From an uncultured Gammaproteobacteria bacterium (lineage in GTDB: Bacteria > Patescibacteriota > Patescibacteriia > 2-12-FULL-60-25), in the NCBI GenBank assembly GCA_964595075.1, contig CAZQNT010000003.1, positions 7,666-65,188 on the forward strand: DNA of 57,523 nt. The letters run 5' to 3'. This document shows, piece by piece, positions 35,824 through 44,861 of the stretch. Position 1 is the stretch's first letter; each line of letters begins with the position of its first letter. The notes under the pieces were generated by a model. That model was not told where the DNA came from, did no database searches, and saw nothing but the letters and a program-made list of their open reading frames with translations. A program made the translations under genes and the position numbers.

Positions 35824-38800
35824 ACACTATGACAAACGAAAGACGTTTTTGTTTTGATATGCGCACACTGTTTTTTGCAGCCGCGATAGCCGCATTGAGC
35901 ATCATTGGGATCGCTTCAACGACCAAGCATGCTGATGCGTACGTGTGCATATATCAGCAAACTGTAGGAGGGGCAATCGGGGATTTTAATAACGCGGCTA
36001 ACTGGACCGGCTGTAATTCAGCGGCTCCTCAGCCCGGTGACGATGTGGTTATAGTTTCCGGAACATCTACGCAGTTAAGCGCGAACGCGAAGTTTGCCGC
36101 GTTGAATACAAGTGGAACTGTTGATGCGTTGACGTTTGACTTGATGGCATCGTCTACTGTCACCGTTAACAACGGCGGCGTCGTAACTTCCACGAGCGGA
36201 AATTTGGGATTCGGAGGATCGCTCAATGTTGGGAATGCTGGGACGAGCGCACTGGGAACAATTTCAGGAACGATAAACGTTTCTTCTTCCGCGCAATTTC
36301 TTGGAGCTTCAACAAAGTTTGAACTCGGATCGAGCACGAGTACTTTTTATAGCGGATTCACCATAGGCCAGAGCGCGACTGTAAATGGGAATACAGGAAA
36401 ATTGGAATTCATAGGCAATCCTTCAATTAGTGCCGCTACTTGGAATATGGGGAGTGCAACTGTTTATTTCACAGGCGGCGAAGCGCAGACGTTGCTGTAT
36501 GCGGAAGTAAATAACACAGGATTTGGGAATGTAAAAGTTAATAAAACACCAGCCACAACATTGACCCTCTCAGGCAACGGGACTTCCACGGGTACGTTCA
36601 CGATTGAACGCGGTACCTTGTCACTTGGAACAAATACTCTAAACGTCGGTGTAAACTTCAATGTGAACGGAGGCGTATTAACTGCCGGAACAGGAACGCT
36701 GAATCTTAACGGTTCCGGAGCGCAGACGGTTAGTTCGACAGCGCTTTATAATTTGTCTATAGCCAAATCAGGCAACTCTGTAACGTTCTTAACTAACGTT
36801 ACTTCAACAAATAATTTCACCATCACAGGTGGCACGCTTGATCTTGGAACCGTCGCTTTCGACGTAGGGGGAGACTTCGTTGTAAACGGCGGCGTGTTTA
36901 CACCGGGGACTGCAACTACAACATTGCATGGAGCGAATTCGCAAAGCGTAAGTTCTACGAGTTTTGCTGCACTTACGATCGACAAGTCAGCAGGAACAGT
37001 TACGTTTACAGGCAATACGACATCAACCGGAGGGTTCAATCTGACGGGCGGAACGCTTTCTCTTGGAACGAACAGGTTCAACGTTGGCGGAGACTTCGCG
37101 GTAAAAGGCGGCGTGTTTACACCAGGGACCGCAACAACAACGTTAAACGGCGCGTCTGGGCAAAGCGTAAGTTCTACAAGCTTTTATGACTTGGTTATTG
37201 ATAAGTCAGGAGGTACTGCCACGCTGTCAACGAACGCCACGACAACCGGCAACTTCGCGTTATTGTCAGGGACCCTTTCTCTAGGAACAAAAGCATTTGA
37301 CGTTGGTGGAGGATTTACAGTAAACGGCGGCGTGTTTACACCGGGTACGGCTACTACGACCTTGAACGGCGCCGCGCCGCAAAGCGTAAGTTCTACGAGT
37401 TTTGCTGCACTTACGATCGACAAGTCAGCAGGAACAGTTACGTTTACAGGCAATACGACATCAACCGGAGGGTTCAATCTGACGGGCGGAACGCTTTCTC
37501 TTGGAACGAACAGGTTCAACGTTGGCGGAGACTTCGCGGTAAAAGGCGGCGTGTTTACACCAGGGACCGCAACAACAACGTTAAACGGCGCGTCTGGGCA
37601 AAGCGTAAGTTCTACAAGCTTTTATGACTTGGTTATTGATAAGTCAGGAGGTACTGCCACGCTGTCAACGAACGCCACGACAACCGGCAACTTCGCGTTA
37701 TTGTCAGGGACCCTTTCTCTAGGAACAAAAGCATTTGACGTTGGTGGAGGATTTACAGTAAACGGCGGCGTGTTTACACCGGGTACGGCTACCACGACCT
37801 TGAACGGCGCCGCGCCGCAAAGCGTAAGTTCTACGAGTTTTGCTGCGCTTACGATCGACAAGCCGGCTGGTATTGCAGTAACGTTTTCGGGCAACACGAC
37901 ATCAACCGGAGGGTTTAAGATCACCGGAGGTACGCTTTCTCTCGAAACCAAAGCATTCGACGTTGGTGGAGACTTCGTTGTCAACGGAGGCGTGTTTACA
38001 CCTGGAACTGCAACTACCACTTTGAACGGCGCATCTGCTCAAAGCGTTAGCTCAACAAGTTTCATGGGTTTGGTAATCGACAAATCAGCAGGCACAGTCA
38101 CGTTTACCGGCAATACGACATCAACCGCAGGATTAAGGATCACGGGCGGAACGCTTTCGCTCGGAACGAACAGGCTCAACGTTGGTGGAGACTTCGAGGT
38201 AAACGGCGGAACGTTTACTCCGGGGACCGGTCTCTTGGTACTCAACGGCGCATCCGCTCAAAGCGTTAGCTCGACGAGCTTTGAAGATCTGACGATCGAT
38301 AAGTCGGGAGGAACCGTGACGCCGGCTGTTAATACAACGTCAACAGGCAACCTGGTGTTATTGGGCGGCACGCTCGCGCTTGGAACAAAAGCATTGGATA
38401 TCGGAGGAGATTTCACGGTAAACGGAGGCGTGTTTACACCTGGAACTGCAACTACCACTTTGAACGGCGCATCCGCTCAAAGCGTTAGCTCGACAAGTTT
38501 CATGGGTTTGGTCATCGACAAATCAGCCGGCACGGTCACGTTTACCGGTAATACGACATCAACCGCAGGATTCAGGATCACGGGCGGAACGCTTTCGCTT
38601 GGAACGAACCGGCTCAACGTTGGTGGAGACTTCGAGGTAAACGGCGGAACGTTTACTCCCGGAACAGGTCTCTTGGTACTCAACGGCGCAGCCGCTCAAA
38701 GCGTTAGCTCGACGAGCTTTGAAGATCTGACGATCGATAAGTCGGGAGGAACCGTGACGCCGGCTGTTAATACAACGTCAACAGGCAACCTGGTGTTATT

Positions 38801-41252
38801 GGGCGGCACGCTCGCACTTGGAACAAAAGCATTGGATATCGGAGGAGATTTCACGGTAAACGGTGGCGTGTTTACACCCGGAACTGCAACTACAACTCTA
38901 AACGGATCCGGCGCGCAGAGCGTCAGCTCGACGGCTTTTACAGGTCTGGTGATTGATGGAGGCACCGTGACGTTTACCGGCAATACTACTTCGACGGCAG
39001 GGGTAAAAGTGACTTCCGGAACGTTTTCGCTTGGAAGCAACCGATTCAACATAGGCGGAGACTTCGTAGTCAACGGCGGAACGTTTACTCCCGGAACAGG
39101 TCTCTTGGTACTCAACGGCGCAGCCGCTCAAAGCGTTAGCTCGACGAGCTTTGAAGATCTGACGATCGATAAGTCGGGAGGAACCGTGACGCCGGCTGTT
39201 AATACAACGTCAACAGGCAACCTGGTGTTATTGGGCGGCACGCTCGCGCTTGGAACAAAAGCATTGGATATCGGAGGAGATTTCACGGTAAACGGCGGAG
39301 TATTCACGCCAAGCAACGCGACAACGACGCTCAACGGTTCAGGTGCGCAAAGCGTCAGTTCAACAAGTTTCGGTCCCCTGGCAATCGATAAATCCGCAGG
39401 AACCGTAACGTTCGCAGGAAACACAACGTCAACAGGAGGATTCAAACTCACAGGAGGAACCCTATCTCTTGGAACGAAGGCGTTCGCAGTAGGCGGAGAC
39501 TTTATAGTCAACGGCGGCGTGTTTACGCCAGGTACAGCGACAACCACACTGAACGGCGCGGGAGCGCAAAGTGTGAGTTCCACAGGATTCTATGACGTAG
39601 TCGTCAGTAAATCCGCAGGAACGGCTACGTTGTCGCACGTTAGTAGTACGATAGAAAACATAATGCTCTTAAGAAGCGGTACGCTAAATCTTGGCAATGG
39701 AACAACGACGTTTACTGGAGCGGGCACTCCGCTGCAGCTCCCTGGGGGAACATTCAATCCAGCCAATGGTACTGTTTCTTTCCGAGAAACTCAGACGGTG
39801 GCGAGCACGACATTCTACAATTTGAATGTCGATCCGGGTGCGGCAAAGACAGCGTCATTAAATGCCAGCACTACTGTTATCGGGAACGTTCATATAAATT
39901 CCAATGGAACTCTTGCAATGGGAGCCAACGACTTGACGGTGCTTGGAAATATCAGAAATACAGGATTGATCACCGTCACCACGGGTAATTTTATCCACAC
40001 CGCGGAATCAGTCCTTTTCACGGATTCAAGCGGAAATGAGTCGGCTTCATACACTAATTCGGCGACAGTATATGTAACCGTGCAGGATACTGATCAGAAT
40101 ATGGATGGAAATACAGCGGAAACGTTCACTATTCCTGTGAACTTTAACGCAGCCGCCGGAAGCGATTTCGATTCGCTAACATTGACAGAGACAGGCGCTT
40201 CCACTGGAATATTTAGATCTTCAGGAATAGCGATGACGGCAAATACTGTTGCATACCCCGGAAACAGTGCTTTTGAACTATTGGCGAGCGGTATCGGAAC
40301 GACGACGTATGTGGATCCCGGTTATGCGACCGACACGGCTTCGGATACAGTAACGCTTACCTATAGCGCTGCAGCGGCGAGTGCGGCAACGACCGGAAGC
40401 ACTGGCGGAGGCGGCGGCGGAGGATATACGTATACGACCCCCGTGGTAGTCGCCGTGACTACTCCTGCGGCAACTGTAAAGGTGAGTATTGATACGGTTT
40501 CACTGGCGAAGATTGCTACGATCGGACAGGCGGTACACAACCTTGTCAAATTGAAGGACGACGGTAACTCGACGACACAGGAAGACAGCGCAGTGTATTA
40601 CCTCGGCGGAGACGGACGACGCCACGCATTCCCGAACTCGAAGTCATTCTTTAGCTGGTACTGCGATTTTTCCGGAGTGAAGATTGTAAGCGCAGCTGAC
40701 CTTGCAAGTATCCCGCTTGGAAAGAACGTAACTTATCGAGCGGGTCACAACATGGTTAAGTTCCGAACCGATAACAAGGTTTACGCGGTCACGAAAGGCG
40801 GAGTTCTGCGCTGGGTAAAGACAGAGGCATTGGCGATCGCCTTGTACGGAAATACGTGGAACAAGATGATAGACGACGTGGAGGACACGTTCTATACGAA
40901 CTACGTATTCGGAACGGATATAAGCGCAACAACAGATTTCAGCGCAAGCACGGCTATTGTCTCGGTATCCCATCCTAGCGACTCGATGTCCATAACCGGT
41001 TATACTGAAAGCGAGGTTTCTTCTTCAGCGCCTGTTTGTTCCGTAAAAGATACCGATAATGACGGTTTATCAGACGCTGACGAGGCGGTGAACGGAACGA
41101 AAGTATCAGTTGCGGATACTGACGGAGATGGATTGAAAGATGGGGAAGAGGTCAATAAGTACGGCACGAATCCCCTAAAAAAGGATACTGATGGAGATGG
41201 ATACAGCGATGGGGTAGAGGTGAAGGCGGGGAAAGATCCGCTAAAAAAGTAG
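35820..41252 (+). CDS. Giant secreted repeat protein (1810 aa), putative adhesin/surface protein
   Basis: Signal peptide ending HADA/Y; ~14 units of 73 aa; poly-Gly linker; C-terminal DTDxDGxxDxxE (thrombospondin type 3-like) calcium-binding repeats. Confidence 0.85.
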   Translation: MNTMTNERRFCFDMRTLFFAAAIAALSIIGIASTTKHADAYVCIYQQTVGGAIGDFNNAANWTGCNSAAPQPGDDVVIVSGTSTQLSANAKFAALNTSGTVDALTFDLMASSTVTVNNGGVVTSTSGNLGFGGSLNVGNAGTSALGTISGTINVSSSAQFLGASTKFELGSSTSTFYSGFTIGQSATVNGNTGKLEFIGNPSISAATWNMGSATVYFTGGEAQTLLYAEVNNTGFGNVKVNKTPATTLTLSGNGTSTGTFTIERGTLSLGTNTLNVGVNFNVNGGVLTAGTGTLNLNGSGAQTVSSTALYNLSIAKSGNSVTFLTNVTSTNNFTITGGTLDLGTVAFDVGGDFVVNGGVFTPGTATTTLHGANSQSVSSTSFAALTIDKSAGTVTFTGNTTSTGGFNLTGGTLSLGTNRFNVGGDFAVKGGVFTPGTATTTLNGASGQSVSSTSFYDLVIDKSGGTATLSTNATTTGNFALLSGTLSLGTKAFDVGGGFTVNGGVFTPGTATTTLNGAAPQSVSSTSFAALTIDKSAGTVTFTGNTTSTGGFNLTGGTLSLGTNRFNVGGDFAVKGGVFTPGTATTTLNGASGQSVSSTSFYDLVIDKSGGTATLSTNATTTGNFALLSGTLSLGTKAFDVGGGFTVNGGVFTPGTATTTLNGAAPQSVSSTSFAALTIDKPAGIAVTFSGNTTSTGGFKITGGTLSLETKAFDVGGDFVVNGGVFTPGTATTTLNGASAQSVSSTSFMGLVIDKSAGTVTFTGNTTSTAGLRITGGTLSLGTNRLNVGGDFEVNGGTFTPGTGLLVLNGASAQSVSSTSFEDLTIDKSGGTVTPAVNTTSTGNLVLLGGTLALGTKALDIGGDFTVNGGVFTPGTATTTLNGASAQSVSSTSFMGLVIDKSAGTVTFTGNTTSTAGFRITGGTLSLGTNRLNVGGDFEVNGGTFTPGTGLLVLNGAAAQSVSSTSFEDLTIDKSGGTVTPAVNTTSTGNLVLLGGTLALGTKALDIGGDFTVNGGVFTPGTATTTLNGSGAQSVSSTAFTGLVIDGGTVTFTGNTTSTAGVKVTSGTFSLGSNRFNIGGDFVVNGGTFTPGTGLLVLNGAAAQSVSSTSFEDLTIDKSGGTVTPAVNTTSTGNLVLLGGTLALGTKALDIGGDFTVNGGVFTPSNATTTLNGSGAQSVSSTSFGPLAIDKSAGTVTFAGNTTSTGGFKLTGGTLSLGTKAFAVGGDFIVNGGVFTPGTATTTLNGAGAQSVSSTGFYDVVVSKSAGTATLSHVSSTIENIMLLRSGTLNLGNGTTTFTGAGTPLQLPGGTFNPANGTVSFRETQTVASTTFYNLNVDPGAAKTASLNASTTVIGNVHINSNGTLAMGANDLTVLGNIRNTGLITVTTGNFIHTAESVLFTDSSGNESASYTNSATVYVTVQDTDQNMDGNTAETFTIPVNFNAAAGSDFDSLTLTETGASTGIFRSSGIAMTANTVAYPGNSAFELLASGIGTTTYVDPGYATDTASDTVTLTYSAAAASAATTGSTGGGGGGGYTYTTPVVVAVTTPAATVKVSIDTVSLAKIATIGQAVHNLVKLKDDGNSTTQEDSAVYYLGGDGRRHAFPNSKSFFSWYCDFSGVKIVSAADLASIPLGKNVTYRAGHNMVKFRTDNKVYAVTKGGVLRWVKTEALAIALYGNTWNKMIDDVEDTFYTNYVFGTDISATTDFSASTAIVSVSHPSDSMSITGYTESEVSSSAPVCSVKDTDNDGLSDADEAVNGTKVSVADTDGDGLKDGEEVNKYGTNPLKKDTDGDGYSDGVEVKAGKDPLKK
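36610..39690 (+). repeat. Coding tandem array, 219-bp units organised as 438-bp double units
   Basis: 36942-37379 and 37380-37817 differ at one base. Further 438/432-bp near-identical copies start at 38259, 38697 and 39129. Confidence 0.9.
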
Positions 41253-41274
41253 GGATCCAATATAAGTAAAAACA

Positions 41275-41316
41275 ACACCCGTCTATTCGTGACGATAGAC
41301 GGGTGTTTATATTTTT
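41275..41316 (+). terminator. Rho-independent terminator
   Basis: ACACCCGTCTAT tcgtgacg ATAGACGGGTGT followed by TTATATTTTT. Confidence 0.7.
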
Positions 41317-41393
41317 CCACAAACGCCACCAGACTTGAACAAAGAGGCAGAGTCCGCTATTCTTTGGTGGCTTCGGTTGAATATCAGAACCAC

Positions 41394-41478
41394 GGAGAGG
41401 TCGCATAGTGGTCTAGTGCACTTGCTTGGAAAGCAAGCGTACCGCAAGGTACCGCGAGTTCGAATCTCGCCCTCTCCG
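41394..41478 (+). tRNA. tRNA-Ser (anticodon GGA), class II with long variable arm, no encoded CCA
   Basis: Hand fold: acceptor GGAGAGG/CCTCTCC, anticodon stem CTTGC/GCAAG with loop TTGGAAA, variable stem GTACC/GGTAC, T arm GCGAG-TTCGAAT-CTCGC, discriminator G. Confidence 0.9.
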
Positions 41479-41491
41479 AGTGCAGCTCATA

Positions 41492-41567
41492 TCGTGGGCG
41501 TCGCTCGGAGAGGATCGGTCATACAGCCGTGGATAGGGTACCGTGAGCGTACCTGGTACCTAGAAAC
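41492..41567 (+). repeat. Extended REP-like unit copy 8 (degenerate palindrome)
   Basis: TCGTGGGCGTCGCTCGGAGAGGA ... GTGGATAGGGTACCGTGAGCGTACCTGGTACCTAGAAAC. Confidence 0.75.
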
Positions 41568-41638
41568 ATAAATGGAAACTATGACAAAAAATTCCAAAGG
41601 TCTCGGTGTTTCAATTGATGATTTAATGAAATAAAAAT

Positions 41639-42427
41639 ATGAAATTAGGTTTTATATCAGATATACACGAAGATATAACGCGGCTTGAACAAGCGGTGAG
41701 CATTTTGGAGTCGCATAAATGCGATAAAATAATTTGTTTGGGCGATATTGTGGGATATAGCGTTCCTTATTACGGTTTTTTGTGGTCAAGAAATGCTCCA
41801 GAGGTAATGAAACTTGTTAAAAAGAAAAGTGATATTGTGCTCGCTGGCAATCATGATTTGTTTGCGGTAAAAAAATTGCCAAAATATAAAGCTGGATTTA
41901 AGTATCCAAAAAATTGGTATGCTTTGGATTATTGGAAACGAAAGGCATTAGCTAAAGATAAAGTTTGGCTTTACGAATACAACGAATTGCCAGCATTGCT
42001 AACAAAGAACGACGAAAAATTTATTTCAGAATTACCAGAGTTCGTCGTGGGAAATTTTGCTGGCGTAAAAATTCTTTTATCCCACTATGCCTTCCCTGAC
42101 TTGGTGGGAAATACCAAATTTGAACCAAAAACCGCAAAAGATGTAAAAAAGCATTTTGAATTTATGAAAAAGCTTGGTTGTAATCTTGCTATTTCCGGAC
42201 ACGATCACAAAGAAGGAATTATGAGATTTACGCCAAAAAAAGTTGAAAACTTTATTTTTGGAAAAGTAAAAATTGATAAAAATACGCCGACCTGGTTTCA
42301 TGTTCCGAGCGTTGTCAATGGAAGTTTTGCCAACGGGGTTACTATATTTGACACGAAAAGTTTTGAGGTTGAAACAATTCCAATTAAATCAGAACAGCAT
42401 ATTGTCCCCGAATGGAGAAAATTATAA
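41639..42427 (+). CDS. Calcineurin-like metallophosphoesterase
   Basis: SDIHED, GDIVG, GNHD, SGHDH motifs; AT-rich (~35% GC in a hand-counted line). Confidence 0.8.
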   Translation: MKLGFISDIHEDITRLEQAVSILESHKCDKIICLGDIVGYSVPYYGFLWSRNAPEVMKLVKKKSDIVLAGNHDLFAVKKLPKYKAGFKYPKNWYALDYWKRKALAKDKVWLYEYNELPALLTKNDEKFISELPEFVVGNFAGVKILLSHYAFPDLVGNTKFEPKTAKDVKKHFEFMKKLGCNLAISGHDHKEGIMRFTPKKVENFIFGKVKIDKNTPTWFHVPSVVNGSFANGVTIFDTKSFEVETIPIKSEQHIVPEWRKL

Positions 42428-42492
42428 ATTACCACCAAAGAAAAACTTGAAATCGTACTTTCCGCTCCGGTTCCCGCCTTCACGCAAGAGTT

Positions 42493-42560
42493 TCGTGGGC
42501 ACCGCTCGGAGAGGAATAACAAGAGCCCTGTGGGTAAGGTACCAGGTACGTACCTGGTAC
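42493..42560 (+). repeat. Extended REP-like unit copy 9
   Basis: TCGTGGGCACCGCTCGGAGAGGA ... TGTGGGTAAGGTACCAGGTACGTACCTGGTAC. Confidence 0.85.
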
Positions 42561-42580
42561 TGGAAAACTATTTATTTTGT

Positions 42581-43207
42581 ATGAAACTCTTCCTTACTTC
42601 CACGTGCATCTCGTCAAACCTTCGCGAGGCATTTCTCGCATTTCTAGGGAAACCGCCTGGCGGTGTGAAGCTTTATTTCATTCCCACGGCGAGTGATGTC
42701 GAAGATGAAAAATTCTACACTGTGAAATCAATGGATGATTTTGCTGCAATTGGCGTGGATCCAATTTGGTATTCACTGAAGTTTAAAACGCCGGGACAGG
42801 TTGCCCACGAACTCGCAGATGCGGATATGATATGGGTGAATGGCGGTAACACCTTCTATCTTCTTGAAGTCGCCCGTCGTACCGGTTTTATGGAAACCGT
42901 CAATGAACTCGTGTGTAACAAAGGCGTGATGTATGGCGGAACTAGCGCCGGTACAATACTTGCTACACCGTCAATCGAGATTGCGAGTTGGGGACACGAT
43001 ACAGATCCGAACGATGTCGGTATAAAGGATTTTACGGGATTCGATTTTGTTAATATTCTTACACAGGTTCATTACGATCCATCGACGCACAGGGATATAC
43101 TTCTCTCGAAAAAACAACAGCTCCCAATTTATGCAATTCCTAACGGCGCAGCGATTGAAGTGAATGACGATCAGATCGTGGTTTACGGAAACGTCGAAGT
43201 TTTGTAA
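42581..43207 (+). CDS. Peptidase S51 (dipeptidase E-like)
   Basis: GGNTFYLL and nucleophile motif GTSAG; start moved to ATG 42581, outside the REP. Confidence 0.75.
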   Translation: MKLFLTSTCISSNLREAFLAFLGKPPGGVKLYFIPTASDVEDEKFYTVKSMDDFAAIGVDPIWYSLKFKTPGQVAHELADADMIWVNGGNTFYLLEVARRTGFMETVNELVCNKGVMYGGTSAGTILATPSIEIASWGHDTDPNDVGIKDFTGFDFVNILTQVHYDPSTHRDILLSKKQQLPIYAIPNGAAIEVNDDQIVVYGNVEVL

Positions 43208-43237
43208 TTATATCGTGGCCGTCATTACCTCTGAAAT

Positions 43238-44005
43238 TTATGATGGCGAAACAAAGCCCGATGCATCAACAGAGCACTCAAAAGGAACTTCCATATCGTC
43301 TTTTTTAAGACGAGCATGAATGCGTATTCTGGCTGAACGTCCCGTGTCTTTAGAAAAATCAAGACCGAAGTTATGAAGTCCGTGCATCTGGATCCAGCTT
43401 CTGGCATTCTGTAGGGCCTCGTCTTTCGTTGTTTTAGTTTCAACATCAAGATTGTGGATTGTAACTGTTTTCATGGTGCCGCTGCGGTGCGGATAAGTAA
43501 CTTGCAGAACGTATCGACCTTCCGGGAACCCACGTTCTTGATCCATGTGCGCCACGTGTTCAGCTCTTGTCTTATCATGAGCAACACGGCTTTTTTCGAC
43601 GCGTTTTCGTATTATTTCATCTATTTCTTGTCGTTTCGTCGAGAGTGGCAACGTCGTATCTAAGACGTCGAACTCACGGGCATCGTATATGCCGTTTTCG
43701 TCAAGAATTACTACACCCACTGTTTTTTCGTTTTGTTTTCCACCAACATATACGGACCACTCGAAATCAGTCAGATCGATAGGATTTACTTTGTCCAGTC
43801 CGAATTTTTTCCAATCTTCGGCGGATAGCAATTCGTCCGTGTGATCACGAGCTACCTCGGTCAGGATTTGCGCTTCCAAAGTCAGTCGCTCCGACCGTAT
43901 TCTTCCCTCTTCGGTTTCCTGTGGAGTAAAGGGATTTTCTTTCATGTTTGCAATCTTATCATTACGATACAGATTCATACAGTGCAAGTCGGAAAATGGG
44001 GTCAA
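43238..44005 (-). CDS. Hypothetical protein (255 aa)
   Basis: Long ORF, no recognised motif. Confidence 0.55.
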   Translation of the reverse strand: MTPFSDLHCMNLYRNDKIANMKENPFTPQETEEGRIRSERLTLEAQILTEVARDHTDELLSAEDWKKFGLDKVNPIDLTDFEWSVYVGGKQNEKTVGVVILDENGIYDAREFDVLDTTLPLSTKRQEIDEIIRKRVEKSRVAHDKTRAEHVAHMDQERGFPEGRYVLQVTYPHRSGTMKTVTIHNLDVETKTTKDEALQNARSWIQMHGLHNFGLDFSKDTGRSARIRIHARLKKDDMEVPFECSVDASGFVSPS

Positions 44006-44038
44006 GTCCCATATATTTGTGCCTTATATCATCACTAA

Positions 44039-44078
44039 TGTGGATAAGGTACCAGGTACGTACATGGTACCTCGAAAC
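44039..44078 (+). repeat. REP-like element copy 10
   Basis: TGTGGATAAGGTACCAGGTACGTACATGGTACCTCGAAAC (one core mismatch); 3' flank shared with copy 8. Confidence 0.85.
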
Positions 44079-44104
44079 ATATCGCGGAAAGTAAAACGCA
44101 TTTA

Positions 44105-44133
44105 TTGACGGTTGAGTGGTTTTGCGATAATCT
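44105..44133 (+). promoter_or_regulatory. Promoter-like TTGACG-17-TAATCT ending 6 nt before ATG 44140
   Basis: Geometry implies a leaderless transcript. Confidence 0.4.
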
Positions 44134-44139
44134 TTTTAT

Positions 44140-44577
44140 ATGGAAACGGAATTTTTCGGACTGTCTCTATCGCGCAGCGAGTTATTGGAGCTTCAGACCG
44201 CGCTTATTCAACGGTATATTCTTGAAGACGATTTACGTCGCGAAAAAGGTCTGGAGCCGGTAGCGGAGCACAAGCTCCTTTGTCGCGTTGACGACTTGCT
44301 ACGATTGTCCGACCGCGACCTTGACCGGCTCTCGGAGAATCTTGAAGATGAGCTTTGGGAATATTCCTGGTTCGCATTTACCGAAGAATGGGCGTGGTTC
44401 AGGGCGAGTCAGGAAGTGAAAAAAGAATTGGGATCCGGCGCTTCAAAAATAAGTCAAGATGAAATGGACCGTAGAATTGATAATGCGCTTTCGAAAAATT
44501 TTGAAAAATACGTAAGAGAGGTTGAAATGAAAGATTGCGCTCCTGTAAAGCAGAGGGTTGATCAGCGTAAGGCGTAG
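44140..44577 (+). CDS. Hypothetical acidic protein (145 aa)
   Basis: ORF with promoter-like signal; no motif. Confidence 0.5.
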   Translation: METEFFGLSLSRSELLELQTALIQRYILEDDLRREKGLEPVAEHKLLCRVDDLLRLSDRDLDRLSENLEDELWEYSWFAFTEEWAWFRASQEVKKELGSGASKISQDEMDRRIDNALSKNFEKYVREVEMKDCAPVKQRVDQRKA

Positions 44578-44583
44578 GATCGG

Positions 44584-44838
44584 TTAGCGCGAGTGAGCCG
44601 GTATAAGTTCGTTGATAACCGTCTCAAAACGAGTCAGTTTTGTGCTTAATGATTGGAACTGACTGACGCTGGGAATAGTCTCGCTCAAATACAGCGACGC
44701 TCCAACATAGAGAACCAATAAGGCGCCGATCACGTAAACGAAAGTGTTTCCGTGTTCCGTAAGGTCCGGAATAAAATAAAAAACAACCGACGCCATGATC
44801 AGAAATAATATCGCTATAACAACGGGCCAGAAGGTCAT
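44584..44838 (-). CDS. Small two-TM membrane protein
   Basis: 84 aa with two hydrophobic helices. Confidence 0.45.
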   Translation of the reverse strand: MTFWPVVIAILFLIMASVVFYFIPDLTEHGNTFVYVIGALLVLYVGASLYLSETIPSVSQFQSLSTKLTRFETVINELIPAHSR

Positions 44839-44861
44839 ACGGTTCCTTTTTTTGATACTTT

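Noticed and set aside
36029-39583. Series of minus-strand ORFs (60-150 aa) inside the giant gene
   Set aside because: They are antisense shadows of the repeat array with repetitive Pro/Val-rich translations, no starts with an RBS, and full overlap with the sense ORF.
36610-39690. Regular 219/438-bp repeats that could be mistaken for a CRISPR-like or satellite array
   Set aside because: The units are far longer than CRISPR repeats and have no unique spacers. They lie in one continuous 5.4-kb ORF whose translation is a coherent 73-aa protein repeat.
35820-41252. Diversity-generating retroelement targeting the giant repeat protein or pilins
   Set aside because: No reverse transcriptase ORF and no template/variable repeat pair with adenine-specific mismatches is present. 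The repeat differences are ordinary substitutions.
41439-41454. Similarity between the tRNA-Ser variable arm (GTACCGCAAGGTACC) and the REP palindrome
   Set aside because: The shared part is essentially only the GGTACC/GTACC hexamer, which is too short to argue common origin.
41581-41634. 17-codon ORF (MTKNSKGLGVSIDDLMK) just upstream of the metallophosphoesterase
   Set aside because: It is too short, has no RBS or promoter evidence and no way to assess conservation from this window.
41394-44078. Prophage or integrative element at tRNA-Ser
   Set aside because: There is no integrase, no phage genes and no direct repeat of the tRNA 3' end. The only tRNA-end match is inverted. The islet is better explained by REP-associated rearrangement.
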